From positions 28,582,001 through 28,646,000 of the forward strand of contig NC_043001.1 of assembly GCF_006345805.1 (NCBI RefSeq): a DNA stretch of 64,000 nt, given 5' to 3'. The notes under the pieces were generated by a model. It saw only the letters and a list, made by a program, of their open reading frames with translations, was not told where the DNA came from and did not search any database. The position numbers and the translations under genes are program-made. Positions 50,751-63,878 of the stretch are shown piece by piece. Each line of letters starts with the position of its first letter. The first letter of the stretch is position 1. This DNA is from Octopus sinensis (lineage: Eukaryota).

Positions 50751-51492
50751 TTAAATACTAATTTCTGGTGTAAACTCAAAATATATCAATACTATAAACC
50801 TATTGCTTGGTCAACCACAATGAATTCAGCTTCACTGAAGCATGGAAAAATTGAGTTTGCCATGCTTTGTGAATATGAATTCAAAATAAGCTCAGTTTTT
50901 TTTTTATCTTTATCAGAAACAAAACATCAGCTTTGAGAAAACCTTTTTTTTCCCAAAGATTATTCGGTATCTTTTTCTTTCTTCCCTTTTTTTATTATTA
51001 TTTTTAGAAAAGGTTTAATCAAACAAATCAACCCTAATGCATATTTTTAAAGTCTGGTACTTGTTCTATTGGTCTCTGTCACTAAATTGCTAAGTTGCAA
51101 GGACATAAACGAGCCAACACCGGTTTTCAAGTGGTGGTGGAGGAACACAAACACAGTACTCACACATACACACACGCACATATGTGATGGGCTTCCTCAG
51201 AGTTTCTGTCTACAAAATTCATTCAAAAGGTATTGGTTAGACCATGACTAAAGCAGAAAGAAAACACTTGCCCAAGGTGCCATCCAGTAGGACTGAACCT
51301 GAAACCATATGGTTGCAAAGTGAGCTTCTTAACCACACAATCATCCTAGGCACAATTTCATTTCATATGGTAAGAAGCTGGAAAACAATTGTCTCCTGAA
51401 TAAGGATACAAGTCTACCATATGAAACTTTTCCCAATACACTAGGAATCTATTCTCTATTACAAGCTGAACTGAGGAATATAAATTAAGTGT

Positions 51493-51728
51493 TCTTATTT
51501 CTTTACTGCCCACAAGGGGCTGCACACAGAGGGGACAAACAAGGACAGACAAACGGATTAAGTCGATTATATCAACCACAGTGTGTAACTGGTACTTAAT
51601 TTATCAACCCTGAAAGGATGAAAGGCAAAGTCGACCTCAGCGGAATTTGAACTCAGAACGTATCGGCAGACAAAATACCGCTAAGCATTTAGCCTGGTGT
51701 GCTAACGTTTCTGCCACCTCGCCGCCTT
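51493..51728 (-). mobile_element. tRNA-derived SINE family B, full length
   Basis: Reverse complement of the 31275-31510 copy. An RTE 3' fragment follows at ~51755-51997(+). Confidence 0.9.
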
Positions 51729-53922
51729 GAGTGTTCTACAGAGAAACACAACATAAAAAGTACCATTTGAGCGTGGTCATTGCCAGTACCGCCTGACTGG
51801 CCCACATGCCAGTGGCATGTAAACGCACCCACTACACTCTCAGAGTGGTTGGCATTAGGAAGGGCATCCAGCTGTAGAAACTATGCCAGATCAAGACTGG
51901 AGCCTGGTGCAGCCATCTGGTTCGCCAGCCCTCAGTCAAATCATCCAACCCATGCTAGCATGGAAAGCGGATGTTAAACGATGATGATGATGATGATATT
52001 ACACTGATTGGGTGACAGAAAATTAAATTTCTTTGAATCATATAACAAAATGGGATAGGGGGAACAAACTTAGTCCACTTTTCACAACAGATACAGCTAA
52101 CCAATTCAAAAATATGCTCATTGACCAAGAGTCAGAGTTCATAGCTTGACATTGATGTCTTATTTCTATAGTGACGACACTAAGTTTTAATGGCTCTGTC
52201 CAATTAGTCATAAACAAATACTAATTAGAAGTAAAATTTCTTACTGTTAGTTTGCAATTTTGAGTTCAAATTTTGACAGAGACTATTGATGGGTGCAAAA
52301 AGCCATCAGTAGATATGTCGGCAAAAACTTGACTATCACCAATAAAACTTGCTACATGATACAGTGAATTGTTTATATCCTGAGATTAATACTTAATAAT
52401 GCTATACAATGAAAAACAAGAGTTAAGTTAATTAACTGATGTTAATATATTCAATGTAAAGATTAAAAAATCTAACTGGTGACTGTTGGTGCTGCCACCT
52501 ACAGTTACTTTCAGAATAAGAAATGGAGAGAGAGAGAGAGTTTACTAAGAAACAGAAGAGAGGGGAAGTTTTCCTTTAAGGAGAGAGAAGCGCTTCAGGG
52601 TTTATAATTATTAGTAGTAGTAGTAGTATGAGGAGGAGGAGGCAACAAGTTGGCAGAAGCGTTGGCATGTCCAGCAAAATACTTAGCGACATTTCGTTCA
52701 TCTTTACATTTTGAGTTCAAATTCCACCAAGGTCATCTTTGCCTTTCGTCATTTTGGGGTTAATAAATTAAGCACCAGTGAAACACCGGGGGTCAATGTA
52801 ATCAACTTGTCTCCTCCTCACAAATTTGAAGACTTGTTATTACTATTATTAAGAGAGGCCTTTTTTCTTATAATCCGGTTTTTTTTGGGGGGGGGGTGTA
52901 ACTTTATAGATAGTGCCATCTAATTAGAAATAATTATGTAGTGAAGAAATGCAACATGATCAATGGCTAATATTCTAATCATTTTGGTAAGTATAATACA
53001 GCAAGCCATTCTAAGTATGATTCAATCTTAGACATTGTCAGTGAAGCCTAGATTTAAACCATATGAACCAAAGTAATGATTGAGAATCTCACTAAGTAGA
53101 TATAATATATTTTATACAAGTTGGCATGAAAAATTAGTATATCTTTTATTTTTTATTTGTTTAAGTCAGTGGACTGTGGCCATACTGGAGCACTGCTTTG
53201 AAACAGATCAACTTCAGTACATATTTTTAAAGGCTGAAATTAATTCTATCATCATATTTTGTCAACCCACTAAGTTACCAGGATGTAAACAAACCATCAC
53301 TGGTTGTCAAGTGGTAGAGATGCAAAAACAATACAAAGATACATATACATGTGTATATTACATATATGAGAGGCTTCCTTACAGTTTCTGTCTGGCGAAT
53401 TCCCTGACAAGGAATTGGTTGACCTAAGTCTATACTAGAAGACAGTTGGCTGGTATCATGAAGAACAGCCACCCATAGAATATTTGCGCTGATGAATTCT
53501 GTCTGACCCAAGCAAGCATAAAAAAGGGGACATTAACTCTTTAGTATTCAGATTACTCTTTCAAATGTAATCCCTATTATTCACATTGTTTTGTATTAAT
53601 ATTATGTCTTAAGCTTTGAGATTTTGATAATGTGGCTTACCATCCGAATGTGGCTGACGTCAGCGCCGCCTTGACTGGCTTCCGTGCTGGTGGCACGTAA
53701 AAGGCACCAACCGATCGTAGCATTCAGATTACAATGTCAAATATTATATTCATATATTCATGGTTTGAATTAATCGTGCATTATCTTGTAGCTCTGAGAT
53801 TTCAATGACGTAATTGTTTATATTTAGAATAACATTGTAGGGTAGGTGAGAGGCCAGTTCTGTCTGGTTTAAACACAAAACATGTAGAATATTTTGGGCT
53901 GGATAGGGTCAATTTATATATG

Positions 53923-54358
53923 TACTAGCCTAAAAGTTGCCCTATCAGGCAGTTTTTAAGCTAGTATATAGCTTTTAAGCTACTGACCCCAAATGGGAAG
54001 ATCTGCAAACAGATTTCTGACTTGTTTTGGAGAATTTGTTGCAATTGCTTCCTCCAGAAATATCACGTAAAAAAAAAAATTGCCAAAAATAATCACTGGA
54101 TTCCGCAATTAATTTCAATTATTTCCAAAAGTTATAAAAATTGTGACTGTACAAAAAAATTTGTCACAAAAATCACATAAAAAAAATTGCCAGAAACAAT
54201 CGCATTGTGGGTCCGGATTTGGCCTGGAATATTTTTTATTTACTCATGGAGTCAGCCTGATTCCAAAATGGTATAATATGTTGGGTTATGGCCTCTAGGA
54301 GTAAAGTTGAAAAAGTGTGTCACACTAACACACAGCCATTCGCATTTATTATATTAGA
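53923..54358. mobile_element. Possible non-autonomous Helitron/Helentron-like element
   Basis: Starts tactag... with a short subterminal gccc..ggc palindrome and ends acacacagccattcgcatttattatattag, the architecture of Lep1/DINE-like elements. Single copy in the window. Confidence 0.35.
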
Positions 54359-54967
54359 AGAATTAAACTGGTGAGAGATATGAGATGCAATCTTGTAATT
54401 AAATTAATTTATCTAATTGTAAAAGCAACAATCAAAATTTAATAGTATTTGACAAAAATTACTATTTGTCAAAAGCATACTTAAGTTTATAGGAACAGTA
54501 AATTTATGCTTCTAAAACAAAAAGGAAAAAAATTAATATTGCTGGTGAATGACAAGAATAAAAGACAATAAGACATTATTACTGATACTTGGTGTACATT
54601 CAAAAGTAGTTTTTATTCTATAGAAATGGGGTTATTCATTGCATTTGGCATAAAACAGAGAAGATAGTAACATCAGATAGGAAACAAGTGACCTTGTTTT
54701 CGTATTATGTGGGAAGAAAAAAGAGACTTGTTAGCGAGTCATTGAACATAAAAAAGCCAATGTTGATATGACTATACTAAAATGGTTGATACAAAAATAT
54801 TCTTAATGAAACCAAATTCTAACTCTTACTTGGAGAATATAAACAAAAACCTAGCGGAATTCATTAGAGGATCACAAAGAAAAGGAGAGATAAATTGAAA
54901 TTGGAACAATAATATCACATCAAATCAGAATGAAATAATTCCTTGGATTATAAATGAAAAATATCCA

Positions 54968-55757
54968 CAGATTGGAAGGAACCCGTGGTAGAGGGAGACC
55001 CAGGAAGACATGGTATGAGGTGGTAAAGCATGCCTTTGAACATTGGGTCTCACAGAGGCAATGACGAAAGACAGAGACCTCTGGAAATATGCTGTGACTG
55101 AGAAGACCTGGCAAATAAAGTGAGATCACAGCTGTAGCCTGCGCCAGTGTTGCATAACCAGCCCACTCAAAAAGTACCTTTGGATTGTATGGCGACATGC
55201 GGTGCTTGAGGAGACTTATTGAATCAAGTATATCAACATCAAAATCAAATCAAATGGAAATTGTAGTTTTGGCTGATGCCAGCGCCACCTGTCTGGCTCC
55301 CCATGCCGGTGACATGTAAAAAGCATCATCAAAACATGGTCAATGCCAGCCCCCTCGCCCTGACTGGCTCCTGTGCCAGTGGCACATAAAAAGCACCATC
55401 CAAACATAGTTAATGCCAATGCCACCTTGACTGGCTCCTGTGCTGGTGGCATGTAAAAGCACCATCCAAATATGGTTGATGCCAGCCTTCTCTGGCTCCC
55501 ATGCCGGTGGCACATAAAAGCACCATCCACATGTGGTCGATGCCAGCCCCCTCTGTTCCCTGTGCCAGTGGCACATAAAAAGCACCCACTACACTCTCGG
55601 AGTGGTTGGCATTAGAAAGGGCATCCAGCTGCAGAAACACTGCCAGATCAAATTGGAGCTTAGTGCAGCCTCCTGGCTTCCCAGACCCCAGTCGATCCAT
55701 CCAACCCATGCCAGCATGGAAAACGGACGTTAAACGATGATGATGATGATGATGATG
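54968..55757 (+). mobile_element. RTE LINE 3' fragment: RT C-terminus plus five tandem ~60-70 bp UTR modules and (GAT)n tail
   Basis: EGTRGRGRPRKTWYEVVKH is homologous to 20866-20925. Modules lie at ~55275-55590. Confidence 0.9.
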
Positions 55758-56296
55758 AATAAGTTTTCTTTTTATTGAAAGCAAACAATGCTCTATTGAA
55801 AAATGTTTACTTTTCATTAAAAAGGACAAGTGCAGGTATGGATGTGTTCACTTGATAACCACATGCTTCTGGCTTTGATCCTTAGGTGTCTCTTACTATA
55901 ACTTTTGACTGAGAGGAATACGGTAATCAGAAACTGTGCAGAAGCCTACCATACATTCAAAGGATGCAACAAGATCAAAGAAGCTCTGTCCCGACACTTA
56001 GGATAAAGAACTCGGGGATAAGACTGAGAATGAAAGCCTTTCATATTTATTAGCCAGAGTCATTAAACATTGGATAGAACATTTTGTGATATTTGCTCCA
56101 AATCTCTGCTCTCCAAGTTCAAATTCTACATAGGTCCATTTTAACTGTCTTCTTTCAAGGGTGATGAATAAAGTTTAATCGTTAGTGATGGATGTAGGGG
56201 AATGTTAAAGCCCAATTCAATTCCTGCCACCAATCAACAAGAAAACAGGTTCTTTGGAACCAAGTGAAAACAGTGTCACACGTAGGAACTTCTTAA

Positions 56297-56500
56297 CCCT
56301 TTTGTTACCAACCCAGCTGAAACCGCCTCTGGCTCTATAGTACATATATCATGATTTCATAAGTTCTGAATTAAAATTTTTCACCAAACCTTAGTCACTA
56401 GCTGAATGATAACTAAGTTATTTTTTAAAATTCTTCGTTATATTTAGAATTAATTGAAAGAAACACAGAGCATCTCAAAATTAATACAGTAACAAAAGGG
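56297..56500. mobile_element. piggyBac-type MITE family 1
   Basis: TTAA|cccttttgttac...gtaacaaaaggg|TTAA. Another copy lies at 58269-58485. Confidence 0.87.
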
Positions 56501-58775
56501 TTAAGCAAGTCCAAGTATTTCAGCAGATCACTCCTGATAGCAGAAAACAAGTTAGCAGAAGAGAACACAAAGGAGACGTCAAGTCTTGTGCACTCAACGC
56601 ACAAACAAGAGTATGTGAGAGAGAGAGACAGAGAGAGACGTGTGCATGAATGTTACCATAAGTGCCAGACTAAAATAAATATGAGGGTAATTACAATCAT
56701 TTAAGCCTTTATAAGTGGTGCACCAGTAAGTATGCAGTAGATTTATTTACATAAACTACAAGAGAAATGCATTCATAGGTTATAAACTATATTTTAATTA
56801 ATCACTAAATATACAGTAAATTAACATAATTTCTATAGAAAGTCGATTTTCTTTCCTCCCTCCTCCTTTCTTTTTTATCTAAAGGGTTATCTTGTATCTT
56901 ATAAGCTCAACTTGTTTTCACTCTAAATATCTGTAGAACATTAAGGAATGTTGAATGTAGGATTCTTAGTGTAAGAAGTTGCCTATTAGTGACAGCAGAT
57001 GCAATCTCAATCTTTACTGATAGTACAAGTGAATCTAGTAGTAAGACTTGGACTAGATTAGCCATCACTTATTTAGAATAACGAAATAACAGGTCAAGCT
57101 AAACATTCCTCAAAACAACTGAAGAGATTAGAAGGAAAATAAAACACACAATCTATTAAGTAACGTAAAATGTAAACAGCTTTCATAAGATCTAAGAGAA
57201 TTCTGGAGAATGGAGAAGCCATTGGAAATAAAAGGGAATCTATTGAGTCAAGGAGAATGTAGGAGAGGGTGGAATTGGGTGTCCTACTGCAAGCATTTAG
57301 GCTTAAAACACACTGGGTTCCACTAAAGGCACCTAAGGACTAAGATGATGGTATCTAACCCTTTAGAATTTAACCTAGTCATATACAGCCAAAATGTCCT
57401 ACTTGTTTTATGTTCAAGCTGGCCAGATCCTACCTATCACACCCACCCTAAAATGTCATTCTAAAAATATACAATCGTATAATTGAAATTTTAAAGCTAC
57501 AAGCTAATAGGTGATTAATTCAAAACAACGTGAATAAATACGCATTGCAGTTGACAGGTTAATATGAATGCCAAAGGCTTAAACCAGTTCACAGACCAAG
57601 TCACCCGAGAACTCAGAAGGCAAAGAGCTGGAACAAATAACTCAAGGCATTTCATCTGATGCCCTAACATTTCCACTAATCCATTACAATTAAATGTTGT
57701 TGTATTATATTAACCTGAAAAAGGTGAAAGACAGAGTTAACCTCAACAGGATTTCAATTCAGGGTGCAGTTGGCTGGGACAAAACATTTTATAATACACT
57801 AGTACAAGGGTTTCTCACTTTTTCCACCAGCATACCCCTTCATCATGTTTGGTAGGGCTGATGTACTCCATGTGAAAAATATAATTTACAATGGTTGAAT
57901 ATTATAGAATAAACAGATATTTTTTGCTATTGATGTAATTTAATTTGAAAAGTTCAAGCCACGTAATGGTTAACTTTATATTTTATCCTCCAAAAGTCAA
58001 TGAAATTTAGTACTAGTCAAGTTCTGAGGTCAAGACAACCAGCTATTTACCCCACCAAAATTTCTAGCCTTGTGTCTGCGTAAGAAATTAATTTTCACAT
58101 AATTTAATGTTACTAATGAAATGGATGAGTTTGGCTCTTTCTAATAAGTAATTCTGTTTCAAGCAAAGTTTCCCAAAGGCATATACACACATCATTCTCA
58201 ACAGGTGACAGTCTTACATATAATTTGTTTTTGCTTATAGACATTGCCAAAAACCCTGTGCACATTAAACCTTTTATTACCAATCCGGCTGAAACCGCCT
58301 CTGGCTCTGTAGTACAAATGTATTGCTTCCATAAGTTTTGAATTAAATTCTTCCACCAAACCTAAGTCACAATTTATGTTCCTAACACTAGCTGAATGAT
58401 AACTAAGTTATTTTACTAAATTCTTTATTATATTTAAAGTAATTGAAAGAAACACAGAGCCTCTCAAAATACAGTAACAAAAGGGTTAAGTGTATCAAAA
58501 CAGCAAATGTCTCTCCACACATTTCCTAGACACAGTTTGCATTTAGCTGGTTGTGATTACTTAAAATGTTCTAGCAGTTTTTACAAACTTCCTGTACTCA
58601 GCATTTATCCTTGAATGTCTCTATGAGTTCATGTATCTAGGTTCAAGAACACTCTGCTATCGTGGCAGCTAATTTTATCTCTTAACCATTTAACATTCAC
58701 ATCACTCAGTCAAATGTGATGCTTATTTATTTACATTGTTTTGAATTAATCATACATTATCTCATAGTTTCATAT

Positions 58776-59183
58776 AGGCAGAGGAGAGGCTGTGTGGTAA
58801 GTAGCTTGCTTACAAACCACACGGTTCCAGATTCAGTTGCACTGCGTGACACCTTGGGCAAGTGTCTTCTACTATAACCTTGGGCCGACCAAAGCTTTGT
58901 GAGTGGATTTGGTAGACGAAAACTGAAGAAAGCCCTTCATATATATATATATATATATATGTATATGTATGTGTATGTTGGTGTGTCTGTGTTTGTTCCC
59001 CCCCACCATCGCTTGACAACCAATGGTGTTGTGTTTACGTCCACATAACTTAGCGGTTCGGCAAAAGAGACCGATAGAATAAGTACTAGGCTTACAAAGA
59101 ATAAGTCCTGGGGTCGATTTGCTCGACTAAAGGCGGTGCTCCAGCATGGCTGCAGTCAAATGACTGAAACAAGTAAAAGAGAG
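58776..59183 (+). mobile_element. tRNA-derived SINE family A nested in a family-2 MITE
   Basis: Full-length SINE with MITE-2 sequence continuing on both sides. Confidence 0.88.
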
Positions 59184-59839
59184 TATATCAATGATGTGCT
59201 TGTTTACATTAGAATGACATTGTATGGTAGGCGTAATAGGCCAGATCTTGCCAGACTGAACATAAAACATTGTCAAGTTTATTTTCTCTTAGTATCTTTA
59301 CACAATCATACACATTTTCATAGTAATACAGAATGCCAAAGGAATGAGGAGTCATGGATACCTCAACAGTGTCAATCAAGCCGCTAGAAATATCAGCCAA
59401 ATCTCCTTCGAATCACACCATGCTATTTGTAAAAGAAAACAAGGTAGGACGCATTAGATAATGTAATTCAAGTGAACTACATTAGATAATGAACACCTTT
59501 GGATCATAGGTCCGCTCAATCATATCTAACCTAGAAAGACGATAAACAAGAATAACAACAACCAGAATATGATTTGACAGTAACCTCTGAACTATAAACC
59601 AACAGTCCGATATGTTTTCAGAAGAAACATTAAAGCAGGAACAGGACAATGCTCTAACAATTCAATATATACTGACTGGAAACATGTTATTTTGTAAGAT
59701 GAGGTCAGTACACCTGCACATTAACTGCAAAACTGTTGTGTGTGATTTTACTAACAGGAACAACAGATATGCAACACCCATACTGCCAGGCTAAGATCCA
59801 TGTGAATTGAACCTCCACAGAGTTATTCTAGTTGAAGTA

Positions 59840-60420
59840 TCATCATCATCACCATCATCGTTTAACGTCCGCTTTCCATGCTAGCATGGGTTGGACGATT
59901 AGACTGAGGGCTGGCGAACCAGATGGCTGCACCAGGTTCCAATCTTGATCTGGCAGAGTTTCAACAGCTGGATGCCCTTCCTAACGCCAACCACTCTGAG
60001 AGTGTAGTGGGTGCTTTTACGTGCCACCGGCACGGGGGCCAGTCAGGCGGTACTGGCAACAACCTCGCTCAAATCTTTTTACACATGCCACCGGCACAGG
60101 TGCCAGTAAGGTGATGCTGGTAACAATCACACTCGAATGGTGCTTTTTATGTGCCACTGGCACGGAAGCCAGTTAGCCGCTCTGGCAACGATCACACTCG
60201 GATGGTGCGCTTAGCACCCTACTAGCATGGGGCACAAGTGCCAGTAAGGCGACGCTGGCAATGATCACACTAGAATGGTGCCTTTCATGTGCCACTGGCA
60301 CGGAAGCCGGTTAGCCGCTCTGTCAAAAATCACACTTGTATGGTGCTCTTTGCACCCCAGTAGCACAGATGCCAGTCATTGAATTTGATTTTGATTTCAC
60401 TTGCCTCAACAAGTCTTCAG
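59840..60420 (-). mobile_element. RTE LINE 3' UTR fragment with duplicated modules
   Basis: (CAT)n tail, and ~60100-60230 is repeated at ~60235-60365. Confidence 0.87.
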
Positions 60421-60738
60421 AGAACTCACTATGAAGACTGTGATGAGAGAGTCCTATATCATGTTGAGCCATACAGAGGAACAACCCTAAAAACTTCCAT
60501 ATCTGAGGCAGCCTACTCCCTTATTCAGATTATGCTCACATAAGAAACTGAACTCTAATACTGCGTTTGAACAAAACTTTCTCAGTAATTTTTAAATGTT
60601 ACTGCTGGCTGCAGTGAATCATTGTCGTTTATCCCCATGTCAGCTCTGATCAAACAGACCGTATAATCAAAAGCATTACAGCTACGACCCTCTTGTCTCT
60701 TTTAGCTGAATGGAAAATACCTAATGTATCCTTTCACT

Positions 60739-61049
60739 AGAAAATTACTATTTTTAAATCTCACAACGTGAGATATTCAGCAACAGTACTTTGTAGTAAA
60801 GATTGTTTGCCAACATAACATGGCCGTCCTGGTTTAAGACTAATGTTGCTCTAATTTAGCCCCACGAGAGATCATCTCCAGTTGGCTATATGACACGATC
60901 TGTGTCCTTATATTCCCTTTTTGAAAATATAAGGACACAGATCGTGTCATATAGCCAGCTGAAGACAATGTCTCTTGGGACTAAATTTACAGCAACATTA
61001 GTCCTAAACCAAGACTACCATGTTATGTTGGCAAACAATCTTTACTACA
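60739..61049. mobile_element. Fold-back insertion with ~123-bp arms and 12-bp flanking direct repeat
   Basis: 60792-60914 is the reverse complement of 60926-61049. tatcctttcact occurs at 60727-60738 and 61050-61061. Confidence 0.8.
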
Positions 61050-61539
61050 TATCCTTTCACTGTTTAAGATAGTAGGGTGTGATTTGAAGGAGAATAGGCT
61101 GTTATTCCTAGCAGATCAAATGACCATATGCAAGCAGCTTCAGCTTCCATAGTGAAATGTTCTATTTTAATCTCTAAGCAAGCTATTTTAAGGTCGTCTG
61201 GTTACAGTTTGGTTGACTTCTAAAAGCTACCACAATGTCTTGGCCATTGATACAAAGCAGAGAACAGATGTCAGGATAAGAAATGCTAACCTTTTAGTTG
61301 ATTGCCTGTTGCCCTATCAATTTGACCATCTGCTCCCTCTCAATGTGTTTTATTCTCCACTAATCTTGTTCCGCACCAAAACAGTCTTAATGTTGTATTA
61401 TTGCTTAGGATAAAAAAAGAAGGTTAAGCAACAAAGGAAGTTCTAATTTGACCTTTCTTCAATTATCACTTGCAATACTAAACTTCTAATAATAATTCCA
61501 ATGCTAATATACACTGAAAACAAATAAATTATTGTGTAA

Positions 61540-61760
61540 ACTACAATCAATGGGTATTACATTCATATACCTCAGACTTAGTTCACCAGAGTGAAGGAAA
61601 ACAAAAGATTGAATTTGAGATGCAAGAATTGCTGGTACCAGTGATAGTGCAACAATGTGCCAGTTCCAGCACTCAGTCATTAGAAAAAAGGAGGTAAATG
61701 AAAAGGCCAAACTCATTATCATCAATCAATTCAGTTATTCTGCCTATTCTTAGGTAGTGA
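61540..61760 (+). pseudogene. Ancient RTE-clade RT fragment from a different family
   Basis: Frameshifted translation FIYL...SEGKQKIE / DARIAG..SATMCQFQHSVIRKKEVNEKAKLII...PILR matches the RTE thumb region F.YLG..SEG...EID.RI..AS..M......KELS.KAKL. Confidence 0.6.
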
Positions 61761-62587
61761 CAAAAAAAATACCATCACAACACCAAGTGGCTCCATTATG
61801 CTCTGCTGTCTACTTTGGCAAGTTTTCTGACTGGATCCAGTAAATAGCATAAACTGAGTGCTTCTTTTTCTTTTGCTACCATGGCACCAGCACTAGTGAG
61901 GTCACCATACAGCTTGCAAGACTGCAACCTTTTCAATGAACTGTGTCAGTAACAAGGTTGTTCTACCTTGTAGCACAGACCATTCTTTCACTGATATTTT
62001 CAGGTGCCTATGTAGTAGTTATGAGCAGATAAAGACACTAGTCACTATTAGGAAGGAGGGGAAGATATGTAGCAATGAAGACTAATGCCAAAATTGGCTT
62101 GGAGATCTACACCAGACCCCAAACTGTATACCACTGCAAGTGATAGAATTAAAAAAAAAAAAGAAAGGACCAAATGTCCTCCCGAGCCATAGGCGCATAA
62201 GGTCAGGTTCTGTGGTTAATAATTTACCCCAGCTTCTGAACAGGATACCAGACCATAGCAGAATTGCTAACTGAGTGGACTGGAGCAATGTGAAATGAAG
62301 AAAGAACACAACACAATGCCCAGTCCAAGAATCAAACCCACAGTCTTACAATCACGAGTCCAACATCCTAACCACTAAGCCACACACTTCCTCACATGCA
62401 TGTGATAACTATTGGATCACTGGAACTCAACAAGTTTTCTTTTCATTCTGTCTATTTATTTCCTCTTATTCCTTTCTGCCGAAGAGCAAAGGCTCAAAAC
62501 ATAAAAGACTTTTTCATTTTTCCCCAGAGTCAAACTAATGCACTTGCTTGCTATTCCTACACCTGTTTTTGTCTTTTTATATATTTG

Positions 62588-62641
<54 letters not shown>

Positions 62642-62889
62642 TATATATATGTTTATATAAATGAAGTATAAGGAAAGGAAAAGAAATTGTAGTTGTAGAC
62701 GATCTTTAATTCATAAATCCAGGTTGGTACAGATCCAATATAAATTCAATTCTTTTCTTTATACTCCAGTTACTGTTTTTGAAAATACTGAATATATATT
62801 CTTTGGTTGGACTGTACCGGCAGATGCTTGACATCTCTTTGAAGGATTTTGGTCCTCACATAATGACAGACAGACAGGCAGATAGACAG

Positions 62890-63072
62890 ATAAATTTTCA
62901 TCAGCACTGCCTTGAAGAATTTTTTGTAGAATGAATCAACTGCAGTAGTTATTATTTGTTGAGCCTGGTACTTATTCTGTTAGTCTTTTTCTGAAAAACT
63001 GCTAAGTTATGGGGACATAAACACAACACCTGTTGTCAAGTAGTTCCACACAGGCACACACACACACACATA

Positions 63073-63122
<50 letters not shown>

Positions 63123-63300
63123 ATATATATAATCACAATGGGATTCTTTTTCAGTTTCTGTCTACCAAATCCACTCACAAGGCTTTGATTAGCCTGAGGT
63201 TATAGAAGAACATGCCCAAGATGAAACTCACAATCGGACTGAACACAGAACCATGTGGCTGGGAAGCAAGCTTCTAACCACACAGCCACACCTACACCCA
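62890..63300 (-). mobile_element. tRNA-derived SINE family A (diverged)
   Basis: Family motifs on the minus strand. Other diverged copies lie at ~6553-6950, 15806-16188, 28365-28630, 38520-38690, 38935-39135, 43716-43880, 51010-51345 and 53140-53450. Confidence 0.8.
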
Positions 63301-63381
63301 TGTGTATGTATACATCTTCATAAGATCTCATGCAAGTACATTTATGATTTATATGTGTTTATATACTTTTATATTATATCA

Positions 63382-63435
<54 letters not shown>

Positions 63436-63634
63436 ATAAAGACTTTTTCACTTCCTAAGCATTAAACTAATACATGTTTGTTGTCTACATCACCTGCCTT
63501 CGTCTTGTTTCTTTGTAAATTCTCCCTAAATATATATGAGTGCACCTATGTATACCGTGAAGTATTCCGATGCTGTAAAATATATTGAGTGATTAAGAAC
63601 ACTGACTTCTGAAATTTGTCCTCTCTTTCTTGTC

Positions 63635-63671
<37 letters not shown>

Positions 63672-63836
63672 GAAACAATTGTACCGATATATTGATCCAT
63701 TCTTGTTGGTTTTTTCCTATTTGTAATCACCCCACTTTGTCATATGGTTAACACCATATAGATTTCTGGTGCATCCAAGTTAAGTACCATATTCATGTGA
63801 ATTCAATAGAACTCACTTGAATCTTAATTGCTTATA

Positions 63837-63878
<42 letters not shown>

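Noticed and set aside
61576-61693. Apparent AG...GT-bounded open exon on the + strand
   Set aside because: An alternative frame matches an RTE RT thumb region, so it is better explained as an old LINE relic.
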